A stretch of 64,000 bases of DNA, from NCBI RefSeq assembly GCF_011386835.1, contig NC_088803.1, positions 54,746,001 to 54,810,000 on the forward strand. The letters are read 5' to 3'. Made by a program: the position numbers and the translations under genes. The notes under the pieces were generated by a model. It made no database searches. It was given only the letters and a program-made list of their open reading frames with translations, and was not told the origin of the DNA. This document shows positions 63,401 through 64,000 of the stretch, in pieces (positions within the stretch are counted from its first letter, which is position 1; each line of letters opens with the position of its first letter). The stretch is from Chrysemys picta bellii. Lineage: Eukaryota.

Positions 63401-64000
63401 TAGTTTTTTTGAGCCCCACCGCACTCTGATCTCCCTGAGCTCTGATCCAGCCAGAGGGGCCTGTCCAGGATGGTTCTACAGGGAGGGGAGGAAACAGATA
63501 CCTACAGCCATATTCCACTTGGATGACACGGACGCTCTTGGTTGAAGCAAAGACATCGATCACTGCATAGAGTGGGCGGGAGGCAGGGAGGCTCCTGGCA
63601 CTCGGTCCCATGTCCTCTCCATTGATGATGATGTGCATGTCTGCCATCCCGTCAGACCGGACGGCATACAGCACCCCAATCCTGCTCCTCCGGGCTGTCG
63701 GGGGCAGCACATTTGTCTTGTACAAGTCATCCAGCATGTGGCTGTACTGGCTGGGCCTGCTTCGTCCCACCAGCTTGTCTCGGGGAATCCTGACTTGTTC
63801 TATGAGCAGGTAGGGGTCTGAGAGGAAGCCTTGGACCCGAGCCTCCGAGCCATCTGGAATAACACGGTTGTGATGCCTGGTGATGGCAAAAACCCAGGTG
63901 TCCCCCATATTGACCAGGTCTGGGAGCGAATACTCGGGCACCACATCCAGGCTTCTTGGGTCATGTGCTGTTAGCCCCACCCGCAAGTGGCCACACCAGC
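60444..64000 (-). CDS. NEURL2: Neuralized E3 ligase-like protein 2 (Ozz), 5'-partial: NHR domain and SOCS box
   Basis: Exon 1 runs from the window end to 63506 (WCGHLRVGLTAHDP...PLYAVIDVFASTKSVRVIQVEYG). Exon 2 60559-60444 (PSLQTLCRLVIQKHIVHRLAIDGLDLPPLLKNFCKYE*). Minus-strand AATAAA at 60075-60080. Confidence 0.95.
61172..61295 (-). mobile_element. hAT MITE (TAGGGTGACC family)
   Basis: Reverse-complement copy of 18786-18908; TSD CCCCACAT / TCCCACAT. Confidence 0.85.

Overview
Vertebrate genomic DNA, almost certainly turtle (turtle-type CR1 LINEs, tRNA-derived polIII/SINEs, hAT/Harbinger/Tigger MITEs). The window holds the conserved block DNTTIP1(+), UBE2C(+), TNNC2(-), SNX21(+), ACOT8(-), ZSWIM3(+), ZSWIM1(+), SPATA25(-) and the 3' part of NEURL2(-), in the same order and orientation as human 20q13.12. 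I traced the exon structures by hand; all use GT-AG splice sites and give open frames. The main surprise is an extra intact two-exon gene between UBE2C and TNNC2 (24493-26009, -). It encodes an RGS9-binding-protein (R9AP)-family protein with no transmembrane tail, ending instead in a CaaX-type motif (CCTLS). Other notable signals: strong AT->GC substitution bias in repeats flanking CpG islands, decayed hammerhead-ribozyme cores in Penelope-like relics, a triple-nested transposon stack, a 180-bp coding duplication and stacked uORFs in ZSWIM1, matching ZSWIM3/ZSWIM1 promoter motifs, overlapping SNX21/ACOT8 3' ends, and an unexplained exon-like ORF in the NEURL2 intron. Gene and repeat names rest on my recognition of the sequences, not on database searches.
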